This document shows, piece after piece, positions 28,701 through 44,163 of a DNA stretch of 64,000 nt. Both the position numbers and the translations under genes were made by a program. The notes beneath the pieces were generated by a model that worked only from the letters and a program-made list of their open reading frames with translations, did no database searches and had not been told where the DNA came from. Every line of letters begins with the position of its first letter. Position 1 is the stretch's first letter. Where the stretch lies: NCBI GenBank assembly GCA_951406725.2, contig OX597822.1, positions 39,370,001 through 39,434,000 of the forward strand, written 5' to 3'. This DNA is from Octopus vulgaris (taxonomy: Eukaryota).

Positions 28701-28761
28701 GTATTGATATTCTCAGTCTGGGTGGCCTTCATAGGTCAGGGACGCCACACTCCAGCTTTGC

Positions 28762-28840
<79 letters not shown>

Positions 28841-28947
28841 TGTATGTACGTATGTATGTATGTATGTATGTATGTATATATATATGTATGTATAACATAA
28901 AGGAGTGTATAAATAGCTTACAATACTTATTTGTATATCTATCTATA

Positions 28948-29001
<54 letters not shown>

Positions 29002-29584
29002 TAATAGTGTACAGACACACACACACGCACGCACACGCACACACATGTATACGTACACACAGCTAGAGCCAGACAGAATAACAGGTAGAGACAGACAGTC
29101 ACATATACACACATATCTGCATATTTCGTTGCAAACACCGATGCACACGCACACACACGCACACACACGCGCACACATGCACACACACAAACGCACACGC
29201 ACACACACACACACACACACACACTCACGCATAACATTCACTTTAAAAAAACACCGTTTCCCTCCAATTTCATATTGTATCCTCCATCCACCCTCTTCTC
29301 ACCAACCACATGCACCGCCGCCACTGCCCCCACCACCACCACCAAAACCACCACCACCACCACCACCACCACCACCGCCACAACCACCGCCACCGCCACC
29401 GCTACCGCCACCACCACCATTTACATGCATAACTTCCTCGCTCATTTCGTTATCCCTCTTCTGCGACGTACAGACAGACATTGTTCTAGACACACATACA
29501 CAACACACACGGACATACACATACATACACACACACACACACATACACTCACAAACACACACGCATACACATACACACACATGC

Positions 29585-29673
<89 letters not shown>

Positions 29674-30598
29674 TAAATACATACATGCATGCATGGATAT
29701 ATATTATACGCGTGTATGTATGTATGTATGTATGTATGTATGTATATTTATATGTATATATGCAATCCTACATACAGTAACACATACGTATATACACACA
29801 CATATATACATACACACACATTACACCTTGCTCTGCATCTCTCTTTAAGTTTCCCACGACGACGGCGACGAACCCACCATCACTACCACCATCATCACCA
29901 CCACCTCCATCTTCAGCGCCACCACCACCAACCACCTTCACCTTCACAGCTACGACCACCTCCACCGCCACCACCACCTCCACTGCCACCCATACCACCG
30001 AGGCCACCGTCGCCACCACCATTACCACCACCACCATCACCACCGCCACCTCCACCCCTATTACCGAGGCCGCCGCCGCCGTCGCCACCACCACCACCAC
30101 TACCACTACCGCCGCCGCCTCTACCGCCGCCTTCTCCTCCACCTCCTCCTCCTCCTCCTCCTCCTCGTTCACCATCCACATCAATAGCATCACCATGTGT
30201 GCAGTTGTGGGTGTTCTCTCTGTGCTTGTATGTAATTCGTCTGCATGTGCATGTATGCATGTATGCATTCAGCGGTGCATGCGTGTGTATGTCTGTGTGT
30301 ACGCCTGAACATGTGCGCTTATGATTTCGCACGTATGGCTGTGTATGCGTATGCATGTATGACTGTATGCATGTATGTATGTATGTATGCATATGTGTGT
30401 GTGTATGCGTTCAGATGTATGTATGTGTACGTGTTTGTACATGAGAATGCATGTGTATGTATAAAAATTGTTTGTATGTGTGTATTTACATGTTGCGTGT
30501 GTGTGTGTGTGTTTGAGTTGGCGTATTGCGAATGTATACACGTTGTCTGCATGTCCTACTACCACCAACACCACCACCACCACAACCACCACTACCAG

Positions 30599-30654
<56 letters not shown>

Positions 30655-31000
30655 GGGCCACTGCAACTATTACTGCTACTGCTGCTGCTGCAACTGATGA
30701 AGAAGATGATGATGATGATGATAGTACTGCTGCTACTACTGCTGCCACTGCTGCTTCTGCTACTCATGTTGTTGATGCTGTTATTGCTACCCACAACCCC
30801 ACCACCGCTAGACCAACGAACCCTAAAGTACCACCACCACCACCACCACCACCACCTCCACCAAGGACAACAACAGCAACAAGAACAACAACACTGTCTA
30901 ATAGGCGACTATTGGTATTTACTATAACATCCACATCTACCACCATCCCCACCATCCCCACCAGCACCACCACTGCTACCACCACCCACCACTACCACCG
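27330..31000. repeat. Mixed TA/CA/TATG/CAC/CTA microsatellite region
   Basis: Directly visible. Confidence 0.9.
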
Positions 31001-31424
31001 TTACAACTCCGGCAACGATGGTAGACAACACGTTATCTCAATATGCTAGAAACAACAGTCAGCTATGCCTTTAATAACCACTTTTCTTTGAAAAAGGACA
31101 GCTTGTCTAATATACTGCTAAGTATACCACTTCTGAAATAAGGCAGGATAGTCACGGTTGGATTGTCATAGATCATAGAATTTTCGAATCAGGACTAATT
31201 AGTCATTACCATTGTCACTAATACAAATAACTTTACTAAGCATCAGATGAGGTACTTCTGGTACCCTGTGTTTGAATAAAGATAGGATGGTCGTGGTTGG
31301 GACGTCACAGGTCTAAATAAAAGCAGCAACAACAAAAATAACGATGGTTTCCTCTCATTGCAAAGAGAGGCAACCATCGCTCAATTTGTAAAAATGCAGC
31401 CTTTCTATCGTGATTCTTTGATTT

Positions 31425-31615
31425 GTGTCAGTCATTTGACTGCGGCCATGCTGGAGCACCGCCTTTAGTGGAGCAACTCAACCCCAGAATTGTTCTTTGT
31501 AAGCCTTTTATTTATTCTATCGGCCACTTTTGCCGAACCGCTAGGTTACGGAGACGTAATCAAACCAGCATGTTGGGGGATAAACACAGACATATAAACA
31601 CACACACACACAAAC

Positions 31616-31670
<55 letters not shown>

Positions 31671-31827
31671 AGGCTTCTTTCAGCTTCCGTCTACCAAATC
31701 CACTCACAAAGCTTTGGTCGACCCGGGGCTATAATAGAAGAGACTTGCCCAAGATGCCGTATAGTAAGACTGAACTCGGAACCAAGTGGTTGGTAAGCAA
31801 GCTACTTATCACACAGCCACTCCTGCG

Positions 31828-31829
<2 letters not shown>
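31425..31829 (-). mobile_element. SINE family A
   Basis: Similarity to other copies. Confidence 0.85.
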
Positions 31830-31887
<58 letters not shown>

Positions 31888-31960
31888 GTGTTACTCAGAG
31901 TTCCACGTTCCTCCTGTTCGTCGGACAGTTTTAAAGCACCTTTTGTGATATTTTTGTTGC

Positions 31961-32081
<121 letters not shown>

Positions 32082-32106
32082 GTATATATATATATATATA
32101 TATATA

Positions 32107-32487
32107 GATGTACTCGCATAGCAAGTAATTTGATCTGAGATCGTGTGCTGAACCGAAAACAATTGCAGCGTGGAAGGTGTTTGTAAGCCATTTAAGAAAC
32201 ACACAAAAGCCGTTCGATTCACTTCAACATTTAAGTCTAATTTGTCAAAATATTTTCGTCGCTAAAATCCGCGACCTGTTCACTGACAAAAATCCGTGCT
32301 AAAATCCGCGACCTGTTCACTGACAAAAATCCGTGCTGCATCTCGGATGCAGCACGGATTTTTGTCAGTGAACAGGTCGCGGATTTTAGCGACGAAAATA
32401 TTTTGACAAATTAAACTTAAATGTTGAAGTGAATCGAACGGCTTTTGTGTGTTTCTTAAATGGCTTACAAACACCTTCCACGCTGCA

Positions 32488-32492
<5 letters not shown>
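32107..32492. mobile_element. Palindromic mini-element (inverted pLTR-like pair) in (TA)n
   Basis: Arms 32159-32342 and 32346-32492; 37-bp internal duplication; HHR in each arm. Confidence 0.8.
32361..32410 (+). ncRNA. Hammerhead motif, G3-C8 variant (mirror copy 32241-32290, minus)
   Basis: tttgtca-GTGAACA-G-GTCGC(GGATTTTA)GCGAC-GAAAA-TA-TTT-tgacaaa. Confidence 0.65.
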
Positions 32493-32528
<36 letters not shown>

Positions 32529-32530
<2 letters not shown>

Positions 32531-32696
32531 CGACGGGCTTCTTTCAGTTTCAGTTTCCGTCTACCAAATCCACTCACAAGGGTTTGGTCGGCCCGAGGCT
32601 GTAGTAGAAGACACTTGCCCAAGGTGCCACGCAGTGGTACTGAAGCCGGAACCATGTGGTTGGTAAGCAAGCTACTTACCACACAGCCACTCCTGC
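32529..32696 (-). mobile_element. SINE family A, 5' half
   Basis: Similarity to other copies. Confidence 0.85.
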
Positions 32697-33006
32697 TCTT
32701 ATGGTAAAACATTTGCCTTGAAATTAGAAACTACAAAGGAGAAATAGAAGGAATTAAGATGAAAATGCTCAGAGAATATATTAGAATTAACTAGAACTCA
32801 TGACTTAAGCTGGAAACGATCTTGGGTGAAACATTTAAATAAGAATTATGAAATTGTAGCGTATACTCATCAAGTATTTTTGGATTGGGAATCACATACG
32901 AAAGCAGTCCATTTCTACTGAACACATTTCATTGAAAAGGGTTCTATTCGAAGTGGACTGTTTTCATTTGTGATTCAATTGAACCCATTTCAACGAAGTG
33001 AACACA

Positions 33007-33049
<43 letters not shown>

Positions 33050-33319
33050 GAAATATGTTATAAAAAGAAAATAGAAACTACACGTGGAAATGTAAGGGGA
33101 AAGTAAGAAGAAAAATAAGCGAAAATGTACATTGGAAATAAAAAATATGTAAAGCCTTTTTATGAAAAGTAACGATAGATATACATAATTAGATGAACTG
33201 AGGTAGGAATAAAATTAATAAAAGTCATTATTGTGAATTGTTAAAGAGATTCAAAAGCATACCGTTTTCGTGAATTTACTAATCATTGCTTTGAATGCAT
33301 ACCGATTAATGAACTTCAG

Positions 33320-33362
<43 letters not shown>

Positions 33363-33590
33363 GAATGTCTAAGATGTGCTGACACGAAACGATCGTAGTG
33401 GTTATTCATTTGTTAAATTTTAATTTATATAAATTATTTTATGTATTGGCTTAAGTCTTTCTTTGTTTGATTTGCATAATAGTGGTTTTGTCTCTAATTT
33501 ATTATAATATAATATTTTACTATAAAATTGGATTTAATTTTAATCTGATTTTTCCTTGAAAATTTGGATTTATTCCCTAATATTTATTAT

Positions 33591-33642
<52 letters not shown>

Positions 33643-34297
33643 CGATGCTATTCGGATGCCATGTGCAGTAATTTCCTCGTTTGCTTTTGTCATCCACATG
33701 CTGTACACATGCGAAATGATATGACTTCTATTTCAGAGTTTTCAGCACCTGTTGGCATAACCTCCTGCTTATGTGAGACTGCTGAGCCTATTTATCTGTT
33801 AACTTCTTTGGATTTCGAGTAATACTTTGACCAGCATCCTTAAATAACTTCCAGCTTTCGAACTGAATGATCTCTTTGTTTTGGGGAATTTTGCTCGGAC
33901 TCCGTAGCGCCACTTCTTAACCGTGCGGTGAGGATATCGTAGCAAACAGTCGATGAGTGCGCCATATTTTCATGCGCCACTCTGTATAACTATTTAGAGA
34001 GGGATGAAAGGGAAGCGCTGTAGCTATGGCTACTTTTTAAGAAACTCCAAGACGAAAGGAATGAAAAGACTTGGTGCGAAAGGTTACACCAGAGTGATTT
34101 TCACATCTAAGTCAACCAAGGGTCAGATGATGTTAAGGCGAAAAAATGAAGTCAAAATGGAACTAATCAGGGTTTTAACAAATAACCGGAACCAATGCTG
34201 CAAAAACTATTTTGTTGTACGTTTCGTCGACTTTGTTAATATGCTAAATATATGCATAAATATGCATAATGCATTTACATATGTGTTGGTGAGTATG

Positions 34298-34315
34298 TCT
34301 GTGTATGTATGTATG

Positions 34316-34349
<34 letters not shown>

Positions 34350-35065
34350 TGTATGTATGTATGTATGTATGTATGTATGCATGTATGCATGTATGCATGT
34401 ACGTATGTATGTATGTATGTAAGTATGTATGTATGTATGCATGTATGCATGTATGCATGTATGCATGTACGTATGTATGTATGTATGTATGTATGTATGC
34501 ATGTATGCATGTACGTATGTATGCATGTATGCATGTATGCATGTACGTATGTATGTATGTATGTATGTATGTATGTATGCATGTATGCATGTATGCATGT
34601 ATGCATGTACGTATGTATGTATGTATGTATGTATGTATGCATGTATGTATGTATGAATGCATGTATGCATGTATGTATGTATGTATGTATGTATGCATGT
34701 ATGCATGTATGCATGTACGTATGTATGTATGTATGTATGTATGTATGTATGTATGTATGTATGTATGTATGTATGCATGTATGCATGTATGCATGTATGT
34801 ATGTATGTATGTATGTATGTATGTATGTATGCATGTATGCATGTATGCATGTATGTATGTATGTATGTATGTATGTATGTATGTATGTATGTATGCATGT
34901 ATGCATGTATGCATGTACGTATGTATGTATGTATGTATGTATGTATGTATGTATGTATGCATGTACGTATGTATGTATGTATGTATGTAAGTATGTATGT
35001 ATGTATGTATGTATGCATGCATGTATGCATGCATGCATCTATGTATGTATGTATGTATGTATGTG
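34298..35065. repeat. (ATGT)n/(ATGC) tetranucleotide array
   Basis: Directly visible; 300-aa ORFs are artefacts. Confidence 0.97.
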
Positions 35066-35238
35066 TATAAGTCACTCCATTGCGTTAGTAAATACTCAAC
35101 CCACCCCACAAGGGACTTGTAAAAAAATTCTTGTGAAGAATATTTCTCTTAGAATTTTTTGTCTATTAATTAACGAATGTATTTTCAATACGAATATCCT
35201 ATACAATAACCAAGCTTGAAGGAGTAGCCAATGTCGGA

Positions 35239-35573
35239 GACCCCCTTCGATCATGGATGACCATGGGGTTGCACATAGAAAGTTACCCTCCGAGGCACAA
35301 GTCCGGGCAAGTTTGTTTTATGGAAGACCAGCAGTCGCCCATGTATACCGGCCTCCCCTCTCCATGCCACCGATGTTATCCAAGGGAAAGGCAAAAGGCC
35401 GATACAGCTTGGTACCAGTGACGTCGCAACTCATTTCTACAGCTGAGTTAACTGGAGCAACGTGAAAATAAAGTGTCTTGCTCAAGAACACGACGCGCAA
35501 CCCGGTCCGGGATTCGAACTCACAATTTCACGGTCGTAAGTTCGACGCTCTAACCACTGAGCCATGCGCCTTC
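35239..35573 (-). mobile_element. SINE family B
   Basis: Reverse complement of 49224-49560. Confidence 0.88.
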
Positions 35574-35762
35574 AGTAGCCAATGTACACATGAAAATATA
35601 GCGTGGATATAGATTAATACAACAGAATAAACCACAAGAAAATAAACCCTTGCAAAATAACATGAAACACCATCGCCATCGCTAACACAACCTATACTAG
35701 CCTTTGACTTAGTATATATCGCTCTTAATATGACAGTAAGTACACCATTAGTATATATCCAA

Positions 35763-36163
35763 CTAGCAGTATCGCCCGGCGTTGCTCGGGTTTGCAAGGG
35801 AAATAACTATATAAGCATTTTTAGAGAGTTATAGCCAAAAAATAGCAAAAAATGATGCATTAAAAATGGAAAAAAAATGATGGTAAATTTTTTTTTAAAT
35901 CGTTGACTCATCGTAGACATTTTTAGAGAGTTACTTCCCTTATATAATAGCGAAAGAAATGCATTAAAATGGAAAAAAATGATGGTAAATTTTTTTTAAA
36001 ATCGTAGACTCATCGTAGACGCGCGCTAATACCCAGAAGGGCTCGATATGAATCACGACTATAAGATACCCGGTTTTGGTTAAACTGCACCGCAAAATGT
36101 GGGAGTAGTTAGGAATCTAAATCGTAGGAGACAGACACACAACCTTACTTTTATATATAAAGA
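35763..36163 (-). mobile_element. Non-autonomous Helitron
   Basis: 5' TCTTTATATATAAAAG; same 3' hairpin plus CTAG as the large Helitron; ~100-bp internal duplication. Confidence 0.85.
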
Positions 36164-37020
36164 TATGATTACACAAACATATAATATAATCTTTCTACGT
36201 TGCACTGTTATGGTTTTATGCGACATTGGCTGTAATGGTCAATATTTCCGTTAAGATAAAGGTTACGTTTTCACCATCATTTACACTTCCATCATAATCT
36301 TCATAACATCCGCCGTCATTATCCTCCTCGCCGTCATCTTCGTTTACACGTAGATCAGAACTTTCATCACGTCCGTCATCATCATTATAATTGTCATCAT
36401 TATTGTTACCCTCATTGGTGGATTCTCTCGTCACTCCGATAGAGGTGGGTTCAGCAAAGCACACTAAAGCGACCATCACCCTAAAGCGACCAGGTTCTGA
36501 ACTGAAGACTCTTAGTGGCATCCTCTTCCTAGCCCCGTCGTTTGTTACCCTATCGCCGTAGGACTTACAAAGAAAGTAAAATGGTGCTTGGTGCTGGTGT
36601 CTTGGTTTGCTGAGCGGCCTACATGATAAATATTATTCTAAGGAATTTTGTATGGTTTGTGCAGAACCGATCCCACTCTTTCGTTTTTCAAAGTTGTATT
36701 GGCTTGGTGCAACTGGTGCCTCGAGCCCAGTAGTTGTCAGGATGCAGGATTTGTAAGGAATTATCTTCTCTAAGATGAGTAGCTAAAAAAAAAAAACAAC
36801 TGAAGGATCTCATTTGCATTGGGTCTGTTGCGGTATTTGTGAGACCTTCTTTTGGCGACAGTTCTGTGATATTGAAATTAACCTATTGTTGAGACCTTGA
36901 GAAGTGCGGACTAGAGTAGAGCTGGGAATAACATTGGGTGTGAGGTGGTTTTGATAGAAAAAAATACACATATGTATGTATGTATTTATATAAATGCGCC
37001 TGTATACTTCTTTGTGTGCT

Positions 37021-37082
<62 letters not shown>

Positions 37083-37128
37083 TGTGTGTCTATGCATACA
37101 CATCATGCTAATATAATGGATAAAGTTA

Positions 37129-37340
37129 AGGCAGCAAGCTGGCAAAACCGTTAACACGTCGGACAAAATGTTTGACGGCATTTCGCCCGTCTTTACGTTC
37201 TGAGTTCAAATTCCGCCAAGGTCGACTTTATCTTTCGTCATTTCGGGGCCGATAAAACAAGTACCAGTCGGACACAGGGGTTGATACAAACGGCTTACCC
37301 CTCTCTCGAACTAGCTGGCTTTGTGTCAAAGTTTGAAACC
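37129..37340 (+). mobile_element. SINE family C
   Basis: GAGTTCAAATTCC B box; similar to 40201-40418. Confidence 0.75.
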
Positions 37341-37993
37341 TATATAATGGATGAAGTGTAATAAAACAGCTAGGAGGTGGGCTTTAAATCTATTTTTTCT
37401 ATCAATCAAAAATATTGACTTGTCTGTTGGGATGGTCTACAGATCTGGGCGACAATTGACTGTTGGGAGTAGGTGCAAAGAGATAAGTTGAATGGCGTGT
37501 TTTATCTGTCTAGGTATTTATGTGTCTAGTCTCTAGTCACTTTTAATTGGTTTGCGTTTATTATTTGTTTTCTTCATTCACCCATTTCATCGATCAGCTA
37601 AACTGTACTTGTGGTTAACGATCTAGTGGAGCTTTTTTTAATGTCATTGGGTATATAATCTGTTTAATATCGTTTTATATAGCAATATTTTGCGTTCATA
37701 TCTTAGGATGCTTTATTTGGCAATATGACTGAAATAATATTGATGTAAGGTAATAAGTTTAATGCATTCATTTTATAATAATATTTCATCAACTATCTAC
37801 TGGTAAAGCGAAAATGAAACAATTGTAGTATTACGCAATAAAGTTTGGTTGCTCAATCTCCCATTTACGGATATTTATAGATTTCCGGATGTATCTTCAT
37901 TAATGATATTGGTTTTTCGTTATGAAATTGTACTTGGTAACCGATATCTGTAGAGGAGCTCTCTAAAACAAACTACAAAGTTGATACCTAGAT

Positions 37994-38037
<44 letters not shown>

Positions 38038-38070
38038 ATGTGTGTGTGTGTATGAATATATGTATATATA

Positions 38071-38116
<46 letters not shown>

Positions 38117-38124
38117 CATACATG

Positions 38125-38171
<47 letters not shown>

Positions 38172-38231
38172 TTTAGTTTCAACTCAGAGCTGCGGCCATG
38201 CTGATGCACCGCCGTTAATTCTAAAATGACA

Positions 38232-39697
<1,466 letters not shown>

Positions 39698-39700
<3 letters not shown>

Positions 39701-40458
39701 AATTCTGTAGGTTTTTACTCCACTCTAAACGCTTTGCAACGTTTGTCTTTGAAAGTAGTAGTTTTCTGATTGCAGCCCTCCTGTGAAATCTTGTTTTGTG
39801 CAGCTCCTGGCGAAGCATTTTTGTGTAAACTGGGTTCCCGAGGTGGTCATTAAGCTCAACAGTAATTTTGGGAGCTGAACTTTTGTGATCCTTCCTAACA
39901 ATTCGCGTAGGAGTTCGACGGTCCCAATCTGAAAGTTTTGGCATTCTTCTGGAGTTTTGTTTCGACAAGGAGGTTTTTCTCTCTTTCTCAAAGACTGTCA
40001 TTACTTTCGAGACAATATCGAGAAAACGCGATAGTTTGGTCATTTTAACGAATTGTAATTACCTTTTTCTGCTACCTGAAAAGAAGCAACAATTTTATCA
40101 AAACATATTAAGCAACACTAATAATAAATATAAAAAAAAGACGAAAATAAACAAGCTTTTGACGGTTTTATAGATATTTCAAAATTACGATGCTATCATG
40201 GGCGAGATGGCAGAAACGGTAGCACGCCGGGCGGAATGCGTAGCCGCATTTCGCCTGCTGTTACGTTCTGAGTTCAAATCCCGCCGAGGTCGACTTTGCC
40301 TTTCATCCTTTCGGGGACGATAAATTAAGTACCAGTTACGCACTGGGGTCGATGTAATTGACTTAATCCCTTTGTCTGTCCCCTTTATGTTTAGCCCCTA
40401 GTGGGCAATAAAGAAATATATCATGCTAGGTGTTTCCATTATTTTGTCCAACACCTGT
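39698..40458 (-). mobile_element. Tc1-like transposon remnant (HTH region and one TIR)
   Basis: VSKVMT...KLSDWDRR...RQELHK...AIRKLLLS..NVAKRLEW; end CCTG|TA at ~40458. Confidence 0.8.
40201..40418 (+). mobile_element. SINE family C inserted in Tc1 remnant
   Basis: TATCATG direct repeats on both sides. Confidence 0.85.
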
Positions 40459-40485
40459 ATATCATCTATCTATCTATCTATCTAT

Positions 40486-40560
<75 letters not shown>

Positions 40561-40563
<3 letters not shown>

Positions 40564-40725
40564 ACGACTGGCTTCTTTCAGTTTCCGTCTACTAAGTACA
40601 CTCACAAGGATTTGTCAGCCTAAGGCTATAGTAGAAGACACTTGCCAATGTGCCACGCAGTGGGACTGAACCCAGGACCATGTGGTTGGTAAGAAAGCTA
40701 CTTACCACACACCCACTCCTGCGCC
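40561..40725 (-). mobile_element. SINE family A, 5' half
   Basis: Similarity to other copies. Confidence 0.85.
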
Positions 40726-40743
40726 TATATATATATATAAAAC

Positions 40744-41080
40744 AAATGGAAATTGTAGTTAAGACTCCTGTGCCGGTGACACGTAAAAAGCACCGTCCGA
40801 ACGTGGCAAATGCCAGCGCCGCCTGACTGGCGTCCGTGTCGGTGACACGTAAAAGCACCAACCGATCGTGGGCGTTTGCCAGCCTCTTCTGGCCCCTGTG
40901 CCAGTGGCACGTAAAAAACACCCACTACACTCACGGAGTGGTTGACGTTAGGAAGGGCATCTAGCTGTAGAAACACTGCTAAACAGGACTGGAGCCTGGT
41001 GCAGCCATGGCTTACCAGACCCCGGTCGAACAATCCAACCCATGCTAGCATGGAAAACGGACGTTAAATGATGATGATGA
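40744..41080 (+). mobile_element. Non-autonomous retroposon with internal CACGTAAAA(A)GCACC subrepeats and (GAT)n tail
   Basis: Three subrepeats; tail like the RTE copy; related fragment ~44345-44490 on minus. Confidence 0.55.
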
Positions 41081-41099
41081 CATATATACATACATGCAT

Positions 41100-41176
<77 letters not shown>

Positions 41177-41275
41177 GTTACTCCAAGCATGAACAAACAG
41201 AAAACACAACAGCGAGAGGACGTGGAACAAGTATAGTATTATTGGACGCTCAGGAAAGGAAAGAAAGAAGGAGGA

Positions 41276-41308
41276 TTTAACGTTTCGAGGGGAGCTCTTC
41301 GTCAGAAA
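41276..41308 (-). ncRNA. Minimal type I hammerhead ribozyme
   Basis: rc: ttt-CTGACGA-A-GAG(CTCCC)CTC-GAAAC-GTT-aaa. Confidence 0.7.
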
Positions 41309-41605
41309 CATAGGAAAAGGAAAGGTCCAAAGAAGGGAAGACGGAGAAAGAGAATCGCCAATGGTACATATATCCATATTCTTTTATTCTTATATTTGCT
41401 TCAATCGTTTGACTGAGGCCATGCTGGAGCACCACCTTTAATCGAGCAAATTGACCACGGGACTTATTCTTTGTAAGCATAGTACCTATTCTATCGGTTC
41501 GTTATGACGAACCGCTAATTTACGGGGACGTAAACACACCAGCCTCGGTTGAGGGAACAAACACAGACACACAAACACACATACATACATACATACATAC
41601 ATACA

Positions 41606-41676
<71 letters not shown>

Positions 41677-41678
<2 letters not shown>

Positions 41679-41986
41679 AAATGTAATATGTGACTATTAT
41701 TCGGTAGCCATGATAAAATTTCGAGTTTCGGATGCCGAGGTGGAAATCCACGCCGCCATCTCTTCAGTTATCCGGCCATCGGAGAAAATGCTTTGAAAAA
41801 TCATAGCATTTTACCGATGGCTGGATAACTGAAGAGATGGCGGCGTGGATTTCCACCTCGGCATCCGAAACTCGAAATTTTATCATGGCTACCGAATAAT
41901 TGTCACATATTACATTTACAGATAAGTTCCTCTATTTACATAATATCGAGGTCTCTTTCTTTCTTTTGGTGTCTTACCATTTTTAT

Positions 41987-41990
<4 letters not shown>
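41677..41990. mobile_element. Inverted pair of solo pLTRs related to 38427-38600, with HHRs at 41712-41772 (-) and 41824-41884 (+)
   Basis: Arms ~41677-41790 and ~41805-41918; gataa-CTGAAGA-GATG...CATC-C-GAAAC. Confidence 0.8.
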
Positions 41991-42044
<54 letters not shown>

Positions 42045-42046
<2 letters not shown>

Positions 42047-42202
42047 GACAGGCTTCATTCAGTTTCCGCCAACCACATCACAAAGCTTTGGATGGCCCGA
42101 GGGTATTGTAGAAGACACTTACCCAAGATGCCACGCAGCGGAACTGAACCCGTAACCACGTGGCTGGTAAGCAAATACTTACCACATAGCCACTCCTGCG
42201 CC
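42045..42202 (-). mobile_element. SINE family A, 5' half (3' half ~41400-41580)
   Basis: Similarity to other copies. Confidence 0.8.
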
Positions 42203-42207
42203 GATTG

Positions 42208-42313
42208 AAAAATATGGGACGTTTCACGATTTTGCGTGTCATCTCTGCGCAGGGGCCATGCTAACCTTTTCTGTATCGTTCTAGTTTTAGTATATGTAAT
42301 GCTGAAGCAATAC
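42208..42313 (-). pseudogene. U6: U6 snRNA pseudogene
   Basis: rc ...ACATATACTAAAACTAGAACGATACAGAAAAGGTTAGCATGGCCCCTGCGCAGAGATGACACGCAAAATCGTGAAACGTCCCATATTTTT; ACAGAGA box mutated. Confidence 0.92.
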
Positions 42314-42415
42314 GTATATTATATACATACATACCTACATATATTACATTTATCATACATACTTACATACATATATATACATATATAGCTAAAAAAAATA
42401 TTAAAATAGATTAAA

Positions 42416-42544
<129 letters not shown>

Positions 42545-42704
42545 AAAGTGGAAATTTATAGAAAAACAAGAGACAGAGATACGTGTAATTGACAGAAGGA
42601 AGTCTGTTAGTTTGACGCTCGGGAAAGGTCTTTTACGTTTCGGACATACGCTCTTCAACAGGAAGGAACAAGGTAAAATAAGCAGATAGAGAATGTAAAC
42701 AACT

Positions 42705-42848
<144 letters not shown>

Positions 42849-43351
42849 TACATATATATACACATATATAAACATACATATATATATATATATATCTGTT
42901 TGTCTGACTGTGTATATTTAGAGGTATATGTATGCGTGCATTTGTATTACTGCACATATACGTAAACATACTCGCATATATTTATACATACATGCATACA
43001 TACATACATACATACATACATACATACATACATACATACATACATACATACATACATACATACATACATACATACGCTTATTTATATATATACTTTTTAA
43101 AAGTTGATCTGTTGACCTGTTGCTACGCTGGGGCATTTTCTTGAAGAGTTCTTTAATCGATCACATCGTCCGACAACTTATTTCAGACGTGATAATTATA
43201 TTATCGATCCATATTTATCGAATTGATAAAATATTTCCCGATTAAAAAGAACGCAACTCGAAACTTCATTTCAAACCGTGGTGAGACTTCCCACAGATAT
43301 ACGTATATAGAAACTCACACATACAGCCATATGAATGTATGTGTGTGCTTG

Positions 43352-43393
<42 letters not shown>

Positions 43394-43558
43394 CATTCAA
43401 ACATGTTTATACATGTGTGTGTATACACACAGACGCTTGCATATATATATATATATATATATATATACGTCTGAATGAATGTATATTTGCCCCTGAGTAC
43501 GTATGTGTATATATATATATATGTGTATATTTATCTATATATATAGATAAATATATGT

Positions 43559-43632
<74 letters not shown>

Positions 43633-43684
43633 GTATATATATATGTATACATGTATTTATATTTAAACATACATACATATACAT

Positions 43685-43737
<53 letters not shown>

Positions 43738-43956
43738 TATATATACATACATATATATATATACATACATATATATATGACGTAAATCTTAGATTAACTG
43801 TAATTGCATTACAAATGTTTCGCAGTCCATTAGATCCTTACGTAATGATGTTAATATCTGTTATATTAAGCACTAATTCCCGTGGTGTGTATAGTCTGAC
43901 TAGTTGAGGGGAGGTGCTCTAAAAAGCATCTCTGTATGAGGAAGAGAAAGAGAGGG

Positions 43957-44002
<46 letters not shown>

Positions 44003-44132
44003 TCCAATCGAACGTTACTGGCACACGCGCGCTTACACCCTCTCCTTACAGAAACGAATACTATTGGAACACACACGCACATACTCCACATACAAACAGA
44101 CGACAACCCGATGTGTGTATGTGTGGGATATA

Positions 44133-44163
<31 letters not shown>

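Noticed and set aside
33257-33300. Possible minus-strand HHR remnant
   Set aside because: Core too degenerate
34004-35219. 300-aa ORFs on both strands
   Set aside because: ATGT array artefact
36216-36900. Acidic 101-aa ORF in unique sequence
   Set aside because: No recognisable domain or splice support
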